A DNA stretch of 32,000 bases, from contig CAVXXE010000004.1 in assembly GCA_963765595.1 (NCBI GenBank), positions 45,902 through 77,901 of the forward strand, read 5' to 3'. This document shows, in pieces, positions 1-8,432 of this stretch. The DNA comes from an uncultured delta proteobacterium. GTDB lineage: Bacteria; Desulfobacterota; Desulfobacteria; Desulfobacterales; JAFDCJ01. Every line of letters begins with the position of its first letter. The stretch's first letter is position 1. The notes under the pieces are model-generated. The model worked only from the letters and a program-made list of their open reading frames with translations. It made no database searches and had not been told where the DNA came from. A program made the position numbers and the translations under genes.

Positions 1-1488
1 TGAACGTCTGCAGGAACTTACCGACATAGGCCTGCGCCGGTACCAGCAGGAAAGCATGGTCGAGGTACCAATCCCAGTAAGTGTTCGAGGTGATGGATCG
101 CCCGCTCATAGGGATCCGTGCGCAGGTTGAAGAGCCAGGGCAGCCGTGTTTTTACATAAGGCTCGCTCCAGACCAGCATGGTGCCCGGCGCTCTTTGCTG
201 GGCGAAGACAACTTTCCAGTTGTCGTAGCGCAGCGCCGTCAGATCACCGTCGTCGGAGAAGTAAATGAATTCCTCCCGGGGACTCTTTTCTGCCTTGCCG
301 GTCAGATAGGGCAGAAAGTTGTATCCGTCCAGATGCACCTTGAACTTCTTGTTTCCGGCTTTGTGGCCTTTTTTCAGTTTATCCTTGATATCGGGGTCCC
401 CGGCGGCGGCCAGCAAAGTGGGCATCCAGTCCAGGTGCGACATGATGTCGTTGGAAATCGAGCCCGCCTTGATCTTGCCGGGCCAGCGCACCATGGCGGG
501 AACGCGGTAGGCGCCTTCCCAGTTGGAGTTTTTTTCGTTTCGAAACGGCGTCATGGCGGCATCGGGCCAGGTGTTCATATGCGGGCCGTTATCGGTACCG
601 TACATGACAATGGTATTCTCAGCCATACCCAGTTCATCAAGTTTGTCGAGTACCGTCCCCACGTTCTGGTCATGTTCGATCATGGCATCGTGATAGACGC
701 TCTGCCAGCGTCCTGACTGTCCCACGATATCTTCGGGGACATGGGTTCGGAAGTGCATGTGGGTAAAATTCACCCAGACGAAAACCGGTTTGCCGGCCTT
801 GTGCTGCGTTTTCAATGAAACCGGCAGCCCTTGCGGCAATGTCCCGATCAACCGTTTCCATCCGTTTCCTGGTCAGCGGACCCGTATCCTCGATCTTTTG
901 CTTGCCATTTGGTAGGGCGAAGCTGTGGATCACACCGCGCGGTCCGAACTTCTTGCGAAATTCCGGGTCCTTGGGGTAGTCCGGATGCTCCGGCTCTTCC
1001 TCGGCATTCAGATGGTACAGGTTGCCGTAGAACTCATCGAAGCCATGGTTCGTAGGCAGCATCTCGTCCTTATCGCCCAGATGGTTCTTACCGAACTGGC
1101 CGGTGGCATAGCCCAACGGCTTAAGCAGTTCGGCGATGGTGGGGTCTTCCTTTCTCATGCCCAGGTCGGCCCCGGGCATCCCCACTTTGGTCAGTCCGGT
1201 GCGAAATCCGCTCTGTCCGGTGATGAAGGAAGCGCGGCCGGCCGTGCAACTTTGCTCGGCATAATAGTCGGTAAAAATCATCCCTTCTTTTGCGACGCGG
1301 TCGATGTTTGGGGTCTGGTAGCCCATCAAGCCCATCGAGTAAGCACTGATGTTGGATTGTCCGATATCGTCACCCCAGATGATGACGATGTTGGGCTTGT
1401 CCTGGGCCAATGACGGCTTGGAAACCCATACTTGAGTTATTGTCATTGTAATGACGATAAAGATAGCTATTCCCGTTGCTTTTTTCAC
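1..1488 (-). pseudogene. Cys-type arylsulfatase (formylglycine sulfatase family) with a signal peptide, disrupted by two frameshifts; the 3' end runs off the window
   Basis: ORF 670..1488 gives a signal peptide (MKKATGIAIFIVITMTITQVWVSKPSLAQ) and the sulfatase signature SCTAGRASFITG (C-x-A-x-R). ORF 18..851 continues the family (VWVNFTHMHFRTHVP, YGTDNGPH, FNLRTDPYERA). The frame switches at about 806-816 (..AAGFIE then KTQHKAGKPVFVW..). It switches again at about 95-100, after which a third frame reads ITSNTYWDWYLDHAFLLVPAQAYVGKFLQTF down to position 1. Confidence 0.8.
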
Positions 1489-2238
1489 GCTGTCCTCCTT
1501 TCAAATTGTTAGAATAAATACTTAGGATCGTCCAACCGATTCCAAAATTAATACGTAAACTATTGGAAAAACTGTTTAATCTAATCACCAAACTGTGAAG
1601 AAATGGCTTAAACTGGGATTGTTATCCGTGGTCGAAGGTAGGGAACGGGGTATTCTTGGCACAGTATAATATTTTAATCTCAAAACTAAGGTTGCGGATT
1701 CCAGTTGTCAAGCCTCACACATAAGAGAAGTAAGATCGTGAGTCTGCTCTTTAATTGTCGAGTTGGAAATATACTGAGAATAACAACGGTTCGGGTACTG
1801 CTTTGATATCAATAGAATTCGAACAAAATTTAGGATGATCTCGGAGCCGGATTCTGCCATAGACCAAACTATGTTAAAAGTACATGTTTCAAAATGGACG
1901 TCATAAAAGTTTTTGGATCGTAGGATAATTCCACGCGTCTCAATATATTGTGGTTAGGCGGGTTTCCAGGTAAGATTTGATTGCATTTGACTCGATTTAT
2001 ATGTGGTTTAAAGTCAATGTTTGAATTTTTGGGATTTGTTTGGGCCCGCCCTGTCGCGACTTGATTGTTGTGAACCATCATTCGCGGCGGGATTTCAGTT
2101 TGAGGTACAAAATACGGTAGGTGTTTGTCCGGTCTGGGCCAGGGATTTGTTATTTGGTGCTTGAAATTTCATTTAATCAACGACTCGACACCACCTAATG
2201 ATCAAGTGAAATTCTAATAATTATTATGAGATGCAACC

Positions 2239-3012
2239 CTATTGTTTACCCAGGAGCTGTTGTTGAATCCGCCGGCTGATGGTTCGGGCCGCTTTATGGG
2301 TTTCGGTGGTAAGCGTCTGCATTTTTTTTTCATCCAGACTTGCTTTGAATCCGACAGCCCAAATGGCAGATCGCAATTGGCCCAACCCCGTCAATGGTGA
2401 TGCCACGGCCCTGACCCCCAGAATGTATTCCTCGTCGTCAACGGCATAGCCTTTTTCCCTGACCTGGTTTAGCTCACTGAAATACAAATCCGGATCCACA
2501 ATGGAATTGTCCGTAAAGCGGGGCAGTCCCTTTGATTTGATAATCTTTGCGGCCTGTTGCTCGGACATGGCTGCCAAAAAGACCTTGCCGACGGCTCCGG
2601 CCAGCAGCGGTATGATTGAGCCTACCGGTGCCGTAATATTGAGCTCCTGTCTCGATTCGACAATGTCCAGGATGGTCACCTGGTGCCAATTGAGGATACC
2701 CAGAAAAACCGATGTCCGGGTTCTTTCCATCAGTGTTTCGGTGACCGGTCTGGCGGCGGTTTGCAGATCGATCTGGGAATAGGCCGAGCGACCGATTTCA
2801 AGAAGGGTAAAACCCAGTTTATACTTTTTTGTCAGAGGATCGCGCATAACGGCCCCTAGTTCTTCCAGGGTCGAGGTCATGCCATGAACGGTGCTCTTGG
2901 CTATTTTGAGTTTTTTGGCCAGATCACTCACGCCCATCCCCTCTTTGGATGAAGAGACGGCACTGAGAATTGCGAAGGCCTTTTTTACGGAGGGAGCGCC
3001 ATACTTTTTCAT
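2239..3012 (-). CDS. IclR-family transcriptional regulator
   Basis: 257-aa ORF. N-terminal winged HTH (GVSDLAKKLKIAKSTVHGMTSTLEELG) followed by an IclR-type effector-binding domain. Divergent from the AOR operon. Confidence 0.85.
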   Translation of the reverse strand: MKKYGAPSVKKAFAILSAVSSSKEGMGVSDLAKKLKIAKSTVHGMTSTLEELGAVMRDPLTKKYKLGFTLLEIGRSAYSQIDLQTAARPVTETLMERTRTSVFLGILNWHQVTILDIVESRQELNITAPVGSIIPLLAGAVGKVFLAAMSEQQAAKIIKSKGLPRFTDNSIVDPDLYFSELNQVREKGYAVDDEEYILGVRAVASPLTGLGQLRSAIWAVGFKASLDEKKMQTLTTETHKAARTISRRIQQQLLGKQ

Positions 3013-3062
3013 GTTTATCGTTCACCATTGTAAACTTTTTTTGCAGGATATATACCATATCG

Positions 3063-3080
3063 ATGTTTGTCAACAAACAT
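3063..3080. promoter_or_regulatory. Palindrome ATGTTTGT-CA-ACAAACAT in the IclR/AOR divergent spacer; candidate operator
   Basis: Perfect 8-bp arms read directly from the sequence. A second palindrome, GTTCAT-GATA-ATGAAC, lies at 3175-3190, 36 nt before the zinc-ribbon ORF start. Confidence 0.3.
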
Positions 3081-3225
3081 TTGAATTTATACTGTTGCCA
3101 TAAAAATGCAAAAATTCGATATTTCCACTTGATCAAAAGGGTTCACCATGATATGCCTTGACCTGGATTATTGAGTTCATGATAATGAACCTTATCGAAG
3201 ATAACAAGACATAAAGGAGGCGATC

Positions 3226-3480
3226 ATGGCAACCAAAGACCAGTCAACAGCCGAAGGCCTACGCAAGAAGCGGACCTATGGCAAGTTTAGATGCCACAAT
3301 CCCAGCTGCATGGAAAGAATTGAGCCGGAGAAGGGCCATCAGACCGCCAAATGCCCGACCTGCGGCATGGAATACCGGGTGCACTGGGTCAACCCGACGC
3401 TGCCCCGTATTCGAGGACCAGTCTGGGATGTGAACCGGAAATTGGCGGAAGCAAAATTAAAAGAAAAGGGAGTACTGTGA
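3226..3480 (+). CDS. Small (84 aa) four-cysteine zinc-ribbon protein, function unknown, translationally coupled to AOR
   Basis: Strong SD AAAGGAGG 5 nt upstream of the ATG. CxxxxC ... CxxC arrangement (FRCHNPSC ... KCPTCG). The stop at 3478-3480 is 1 nt before the AOR ATG at 3482. Confidence 0.6.
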   Translation: MATKDQSTAEGLRKKRTYGKFRCHNPSCMERIEPEKGHQTAKCPTCGMEYRVHWVNPTLPRIRGPVWDVNRKLAEAKLKEKGVL

Positions 3481-3481
3481 T

Positions 3482-5422
3482 ATGGCGTTAAACAGGAAGA
3501 TAGCATATATCGATCTGACCACAGGTGATGTTCAGACAAAACCGATTCCGCTTGGGGTCCGAAAGAAGTTTTTGGGTGGCCGGGGTCTGGATGCATACCT
3601 GCTCTACAACCACACCAAGAAAGGTTGTGATCCACTGGGTCCTGACAATGCCCTTATTATCAGCGGCGGAATTCTGACGGCCACCTGTGCGTCGGCCACC
3701 TCAAGAACGCACGTTATGGCCAAATCGCCTTTGACCGGCATGTTGGGCAGCGCGAATATGGGTGGTTTTTTTGCACCTGAATTGGCCTGGGCCGGTTTTC
3801 ACCACCTGGTCATCAAAGGTAAAGCCAAAAATCCCTCTTATATCTATATCCACAACGGCGAGATCGAGATTCGCGAGGCCCATGACATCTGGGGTCAATC
3901 GGTGACCGACGCCCAGTGGGCGATCCGGCAGGAACTGGGGGATGAGGAAGTCAAAAGTTGCGTGTGTGGGCCGGCCGGAGAGAATCTGGTGCGGTTTGCC
4001 AACGTCATGACGGGGGTTAAAAATTCCGCCGGCCGAACGGGGATGGGATGTGTCATGGGATCCAAGAATCTCAAAGCCGTGGCGGCGCGCGGCACCATGG
4101 ACATCGAGATTGCCCGCCCGGTCGAAGCGCTGGAATACAACAAACGCTTTATCGAGCAGATTACCAGCGCCAAGGTGAGTCAAACCCAGGGCACCCTGGG
4201 AACGCCCTTTATCTGGGGTGCGACCAATTCCTGGGGCGGGGTCAGGACCCGCAATTTTCAATACAACCAGTGTGAATACTCTGATGATATCGAGCCGGAG
4301 CACATCGATGAGATTTGTGAAGAGACTATGGGGCCCTATCACATGACGGGCTGCTTCGGCTGCCAGGTGCATTGCCGGGCGCAGTATAAAATTCCGCACG
4401 GCCCCTTGGCGGGAAGATATGATGAAGGTCCGGAATACACCTCTTTGGGTGCTTTCGGCGCGGAAACGGACACCCCCCGGGCGCTGACGGTTCTCACCGG
4501 CAATCACCTGGTCGATCAGTTCGGAATGGACAATCTCGAAACCGGCAGCCTGATTTCCTGGGCCATGGAGTTATACGAGCTGGGCATTATCACTGACAAG
4601 CAGACCGATGGGCTGGATTTGAGCTGGGGCAATGACGAGGCGGTTCTTGAAATGGTCGAACGGATCGCTTACCGCAAAGGCTGGCTGGGAGACACCTTGG
4701 CCGATGGCGGGATTCCGGCTGCAAAAAAGATCGGTAAAAAATCTTTTGATTATCTCATCCAGGTCAAAGGGATGAGCAATCTGCATTCAGATGAAAGGGC
4801 GACGCCCGCCCTGGCACTCAATGTTGCCACGGCATCCAGGGGATCGGACCATTTGAGGAGTCGGCCGGCCATTGATCTTTATCATCTGCCGGAAGAGGTT
4901 CTCAGAAAGATTTACAGCAATCCGGTCTCCTATGACGGGCCGTTGAGCTCCGAGCATACGGAATACATCGGCAAACCGTGGCAGGTTTTCTGGCAGGAAA
5001 ACTTATATATGGGGGTCGATTGTCTGGGTATCTGTAAGTATCATACCGTATTTCTGGGTGTCACGCTGCCGACTTTCGAAGAATGGTCCAAGGTGCTGTA
5101 TTACAATACCGGCATCGAAATGACGCCCGAGGAGATCTGGCAGGCCTCACGACGGTGCAACATGATCGAAAGGCTCTTCAACTTAAGGGAGGGCTTGAAA
5201 CGAAACGATCTGGAAAAAGGCGATATGTTGAACCACCGCTATTTCGATGAGCCCTGCAGAAGGGGTGCGCTCGATGTCGTCGGTACCATGATCGATAAGA
5301 AAAAATTTATCAAGATGGTAGATGAATTATACGGACATCAGGGGCTGGATAAAAACGGTGTTCCTAAACCGGAGACCTTGCAAAGCCTGGGCCTGGAAAA
5401 CGAACCCTCCCATTTGCTATAA
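3482..5422 (+). CDS. aor: Aldehyde:ferredoxin oxidoreductase family protein (tungsten/molybdopterin, [4Fe-4S])
   Basis: 646 aa. AOR-type N-terminus (IAYIDLTTG...KKFLGGRGL). Cluster motif C-x2-C-x3-C (TGCFGCQVHCR) plus a distal Cys (GVDCLGICKY). Pterin-binding D-x-x-G-x-D/C motifs (DQFGMDN, DCLGIC). Confidence 0.9.
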   Translation: MALNRKIAYIDLTTGDVQTKPIPLGVRKKFLGGRGLDAYLLYNHTKKGCDPLGPDNALIISGGILTATCASATSRTHVMAKSPLTGMLGSANMGGFFAPELAWAGFHHLVIKGKAKNPSYIYIHNGEIEIREAHDIWGQSVTDAQWAIRQELGDEEVKSCVCGPAGENLVRFANVMTGVKNSAGRTGMGCVMGSKNLKAVAARGTMDIEIARPVEALEYNKRFIEQITSAKVSQTQGTLGTPFIWGATNSWGGVRTRNFQYNQCEYSDDIEPEHIDEICEETMGPYHMTGCFGCQVHCRAQYKIPHGPLAGRYDEGPEYTSLGAFGAETDTPRALTVLTGNHLVDQFGMDNLETGSLISWAMELYELGIITDKQTDGLDLSWGNDEAVLEMVERIAYRKGWLGDTLADGGIPAAKKIGKKSFDYLIQVKGMSNLHSDERATPALALNVATASRGSDHLRSRPAIDLYHLPEEVLRKIYSNPVSYDGPLSSEHTEYIGKPWQVFWQENLYMGVDCLGICKYHTVFLGVTLPTFEEWSKVLYYNTGIEMTPEEIWQASRRCNMIERLFNLREGLKRNDLEKGDMLNHRYFDEPCRRGALDVVGTMIDKKKFIKMVDELYGHQGLDKNGVPKPETLQSLGLENEPSHLL

Positions 5423-5485
5423 TTTGGTTGTTGGTTATTAGTTATTTGGTTTGCGGTTAATCGATATGCGGAACATTAACCATCA
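5423..5485. repeat. Degenerate tandem heptamer tract starting at the AOR stop codon
   Basis: Read in 7-nt units from 5423: tttggtt gttggtt attagtt atttggt ttgcggt taatcga tatgcgg aacatta accatca. Confidence 0.55.
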
Positions 5486-5555
5486 GAGGCTCAATCACCA
5501 ATGGGATGGATTCGAACTCTGGAATGTGAGCAGATTTCTAATAACAATAAACAAA

Positions 5556-5569
5556 TCCGCCGCGGCGGA
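5556..5569. promoter_or_regulatory. Perfect 14-nt palindrome TCCGCCG|CGGCGGA just upstream of the ferredoxin SD
   Basis: Two adjacent 7-nt units that are reverse complements of each other. They sit in the same 7-nt register as the tract that starts at 5423. SD TAGGAG follows at 5571-5576 and the ATG is at 5584. Confidence 0.4.
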
Positions 5570-5583
5570 TTAGGAGATAATAA

Positions 5584-6084
5584 ATGGCTAAGATTTTATA
5601 CATAGATCACGAGAAGTGCACCGGCTGCCGACTGTGTGAGCTTGTGTGCGCTGTTTCGCATGATGGGATATCCAATCCTGCCCGCAGCCGTATCCGGGTG
5701 TTGAAATGGGAGGCCGAAGGTCTTTATATCCCGATGACCTGTCAGCAATGTCAGGATGCACCCTGTCTGAATGTCTGCCCGGTCAAGGCCATTTCACAAG
5801 ATGAGCAGTTGGGCCGTGTAAGCGTTGACTACAATACCTGCATCGGCTGCCGTTCATGTGTCAGCGTATGCCCTTTCGGTGCCATGAATTATAATACCAC
5901 CGATCGGCGGGTCCTCAAGTGCGACGTCTGTGACGGCGATCCGCAGTGTGTCCGGTTCTGTGACGTCAAGGCCGTCGATTTTATTGAGGCCGGTGAAGTG
6001 GCCATAATAAAGAGCAGAAAAGCCGCCAAACGGGTATCGGAAGCAGGTAAAACGGCTGCTGATTTGGAGGCTCAGATGCGGTGA
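5584..6084 (+). CDS. Polyferredoxin, four [4Fe-4S]-type cysteine motifs; probable electron-transfer subunit of the AOR
   Basis: 166 aa with CTGCRLCELVC, CQQCQDAPCLNVCP, CIGCRSCVSVCP and CDVCDGDPQCVRFC. Directly downstream of the AOR on the same strand. Confidence 0.85.
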   Translation: MAKILYIDHEKCTGCRLCELVCAVSHDGISNPARSRIRVLKWEAEGLYIPMTCQQCQDAPCLNVCPVKAISQDEQLGRVSVDYNTCIGCRSCVSVCPFGAMNYNTTDRRVLKCDVCDGDPQCVRFCDVKAVDFIEAGEVAIIKSRKAAKRVSEAGKTAADLEAQMR

Positions 6085-6150
6085 ACTCTTATGTTTCTTT
6101 CATTAGATGGGATTGACCGAAAAAAAAGCTGCTGAGGATACGTCCGCTTC

Positions 6151-6756
6151 CTAAACCGCCTTCAACGAGGAGTCATTTTTGGGGTGATTTTTCGAATCGT
6201 CTCCCCAGCGTCTGAAGAGATCGTGTTCGATGCCCATAAAGTCGAAAATCTTTCCGATGGTTTGATCGATGATATCATCGATGGTTTTGGGCATGTGGTA
6301 AAAGGAGGGGACCGGGGGAAGAATATGGGCGCCCATGTCAGCCGCCATGGTCATCAAACGCAAATGTCCCTTGTGCAGTGGGGTTTCCCTAACGACCAGC
6401 ACCAGTTTGCGCTTTTCTTTCAAGGTTACATCGGCGGCTCTCACCAAAAGATTTTCATTGTAGGAATTGGCAATTCCCGACAGCGTCTTGATGGTGCAGG
6501 GCACCACCACCATGCCTGCGGTCAAAAAGGAACCGCTGGCCAGGGATGCCGCCACATTTTTGTGGTCGTAAACATAATCGGCCATTGCCTTTACATCAGC
6601 AGGATCATAATCCGTTTCGATTTCAATATTCAGCTCACCGGATTTTGAAATAATCAAATGCGTTTCATAGTCTGTTTCTTTAAGTACACTCAGCAATCTG
6701 ACGCCATAAGTTGCCCCGCTGGCACCGGATATTCCGACGACGATTCGTTTTGGCAT
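6151..6756 (-). CDS. ubiX: Flavin prenyltransferase UbiX (prFMN synthase)
   Basis: 201 aa. N-terminus RIVVGISGASGATYGVRLL and the conserved body (VVPCTIKTLSGIANSY, LKEKRKLVLVVRETPL) are typical of UbiX/Pad1. Confidence 0.9.
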   Translation of the reverse strand: MPKRIVVGISGASGATYGVRLLSVLKETDYETHLIISKSGELNIEIETDYDPADVKAMADYVYDHKNVAASLASGSFLTAGMVVVPCTIKTLSGIANSYNENLLVRAADVTLKEKRKLVLVVRETPLHKGHLRLMTMAADMGAHILPPVPSFYHMPKTIDDIIDQTIGKIFDFMGIEHDLFRRWGDDSKNHPKNDSSLKAV

Positions 6757-6903
6757 GGGTTTCCTCTTGTTTATTTTATCTGGTTGATTAGAGCTTTCTT
6801 ATTTTGGGACATGGATTGCACAGATTGATATACACTTCTACTTATGATTCAAGACAAAGAGTTCCTAAAATCCGTGTGTGTCGGTACAAATCTGTGTCCT
6901 ATT

Positions 6904-8112
6904 CTAAAAGATTTTCAAAGCCGTTTTAGCCACTTCTGCAGCAAACTCGGGATCCTCCATGTTGGCGTCAACTTCTATTATTTCAACATCAGGGTTGAGT
7001 TTTTCCCGCAGCACCTGGGTAAATAAACGATCCTCTGCTGGATCATGGGTGTCGTTGCCGGGCAGATCCGCTGACGACCAGCCGTTCAGAGGGATTATGA
7101 CGGTTACCGGTCCCTTGGACTGGTTGAGTTTTTCTGCAAAGACCCCGGCCACCGCCTTGAGTTCCTCGGGCGACAGCCGGATCCAGGTCCGAAGTTTGTC
7201 CAGATCGAACTTTCGTCGTTCGTGATATTCGGGTTTATACCTGGATCGAGCCGGGGTCATGTGGTTTACACTGCAAGTCGAGATAAGTTGGGGCAGACCC
7301 AATTTGCCGGCGGTTTCCAGGCGATGGGGACCGGCATCCCGCATAAACCCGAAGAGGTGTTCACCAACACCTCCCGGGGCCAGGTCGATAACGCCTTGGA
7401 AGAATCCTTCGGCAATCATAGCCTCCATGGCGCGGTCGCCGATGCCGGATGCTGAAAATCCGATAATCTGGTAACCTTCCTGCTCCAGCGCCGTCCGTAC
7501 CGAGCTGGCGCATTTTTCACAGGGACCCAGCATGGTCAGAGCAATGGCTTTGCCTTTTTCGCCCTTCGGCGATGCGATATCATCGGCAGCCATGCCTGCC
7601 AAAGCGTGAGCTGCGCGATCCATGACATTTTTTAGCAGATCGGAAACGCCGGATATCTCGACTACCGAATGGAAAAGGGCAATATCCCCGGTTCCGATGT
7701 AGCGGGTGGAAAGACCGGGCAGGGCGGCCGTAGACGAGATCATCACTTTGGGAATCCCAAACGGCAGGGAGCGCATGATTTCGGTGCCCATCAATGAACC
7801 GGTGGATCCCCCCAGAGCGATAACACCGTCCAGCTTATCCTGGGCTAAGAGCTCAGCCGCAATCCGAGAGCCGCCGGCCATCATGATGTTGGTGATCCGG
7901 GTTCGATCGCGGGAACTTTGAATTTCTTCAAAACTGCCGCCGCCGGCCTCCGCCACGCGGTTCGCGGGAATATCGATGCCTGCGATATCGCTTCCCCGCC
8001 CGGAAATATCCATCAGAATCGGCACAAGTCCGATGGCACTCAATTTTTCCTTGAGATATAATGTCTCCAGCCCCTTGGTATCCAGGGTAGATATGACTAG
8101 AACGGTTTTCAT
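6904..8112 (-). CDS. UPF0261 / Tm-1-like ATP-binding domain protein (copy A)
   Basis: 402 aa. N-terminus VLVISTLDTKG. Conserved block GIPKVMISS...GDIALFHSV and second-half block SASGIGDRAMEAMIAEGFFQGVIDL are shared with ORFs 16563..17789 and 18001..19203. Confidence 0.8.
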   Translation of the reverse strand: MKTVLVISTLDTKGLETLYLKEKLSAIGLVPILMDISGRGSDIAGIDIPANRVAEAGGGSFEEIQSSRDRTRITNIMMAGGSRIAAELLAQDKLDGVIALGGSTGSLMGTEIMRSLPFGIPKVMISSTAALPGLSTRYIGTGDIALFHSVVEISGVSDLLKNVMDRAAHALAGMAADDIASPKGEKGKAIALTMLGPCEKCASSVRTALEQEGYQIIGFSASGIGDRAMEAMIAEGFFQGVIDLAPGGVGEHLFGFMRDAGPHRLETAGKLGLPQLISTCSVNHMTPARSRYKPEYHERRKFDLDKLRTWIRLSPEELKAVAGVFAEKLNQSKGPVTVIIPLNGWSSADLPGNDTHDPAEDRLFTQVLREKLNPDVEIIEVDANMEDPEFAAEVAKTALKIF

Positions 8113-8168
8113 AATAATTTATTCACTCATGAGCGCTATGTCCCATCAATTTATTCTGTACTTGAAAA

Positions 8169-8224
8169 GAAAATCCGAAATCCGAATTTCGAAACTCGAA
8201 ACAATAATCAAATTATAAATTCAA
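8169..8224. repeat. Degenerate tandem heptamer tract
   Basis: gaaaatc cgaaatc cgaattt cgaaact cgaaaca ataatca aattata aattcaa, in the spacer between the ligase stop and the UPF0261-A start. Confidence 0.6.
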
Positions 8225-8432
8225 ATGACCTAAACAAAAGATGCATCTTCTATGTAGGGCCGGCCACCCTGCCGGCCTCACTGCGGAAAGCAGTCACGGT
8301 GGGCTGCTTTACTCCTTTCCGCCGGCAGACACTGTTGGTTCTTCCACGGTTTTTTCCGGAAACCGTGAAAAAATCCAGTTCATCCTGTTGATCCTGTCCA
8401 ATAATAAACTAAAAAGAATCCTTTCCTTAAAT

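Noticed and set aside
1489-2238. The 750-nt gap between the sulfatase and IclR genes, including ORF 1869..2081 (-), the TGGCAC string at 1661-1666 and an imperfect stem at 2044-2095.
   Set aside because: The ORF has no SD and is AT-rich with a low-complexity product. TGGCAC is not followed by TTGC at the right spacing. The stem is imperfect and lacks a U-run. Nothing could be supported.
3093-3110. Sigma-54-like strings: TTGCCATAAAAATGCA here, and TGGCTCTGTCGTCTTGCA on the minus strand at 15207-15225.
   Set aside because: The first lacks the invariant GG. In the second, GG and GC are separated by 12 nt instead of 10. Neither fits TGGCAC-N5-TTGC.
3482-5422. Calling the AOR-family protein a BamB-type dearomatising benzoyl-CoA reductase subunit.
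   Set aside because: Only generic AOR-family motifs are visible. The other Bam subunits are absent. The assignment would need a phylogeny I cannot run.
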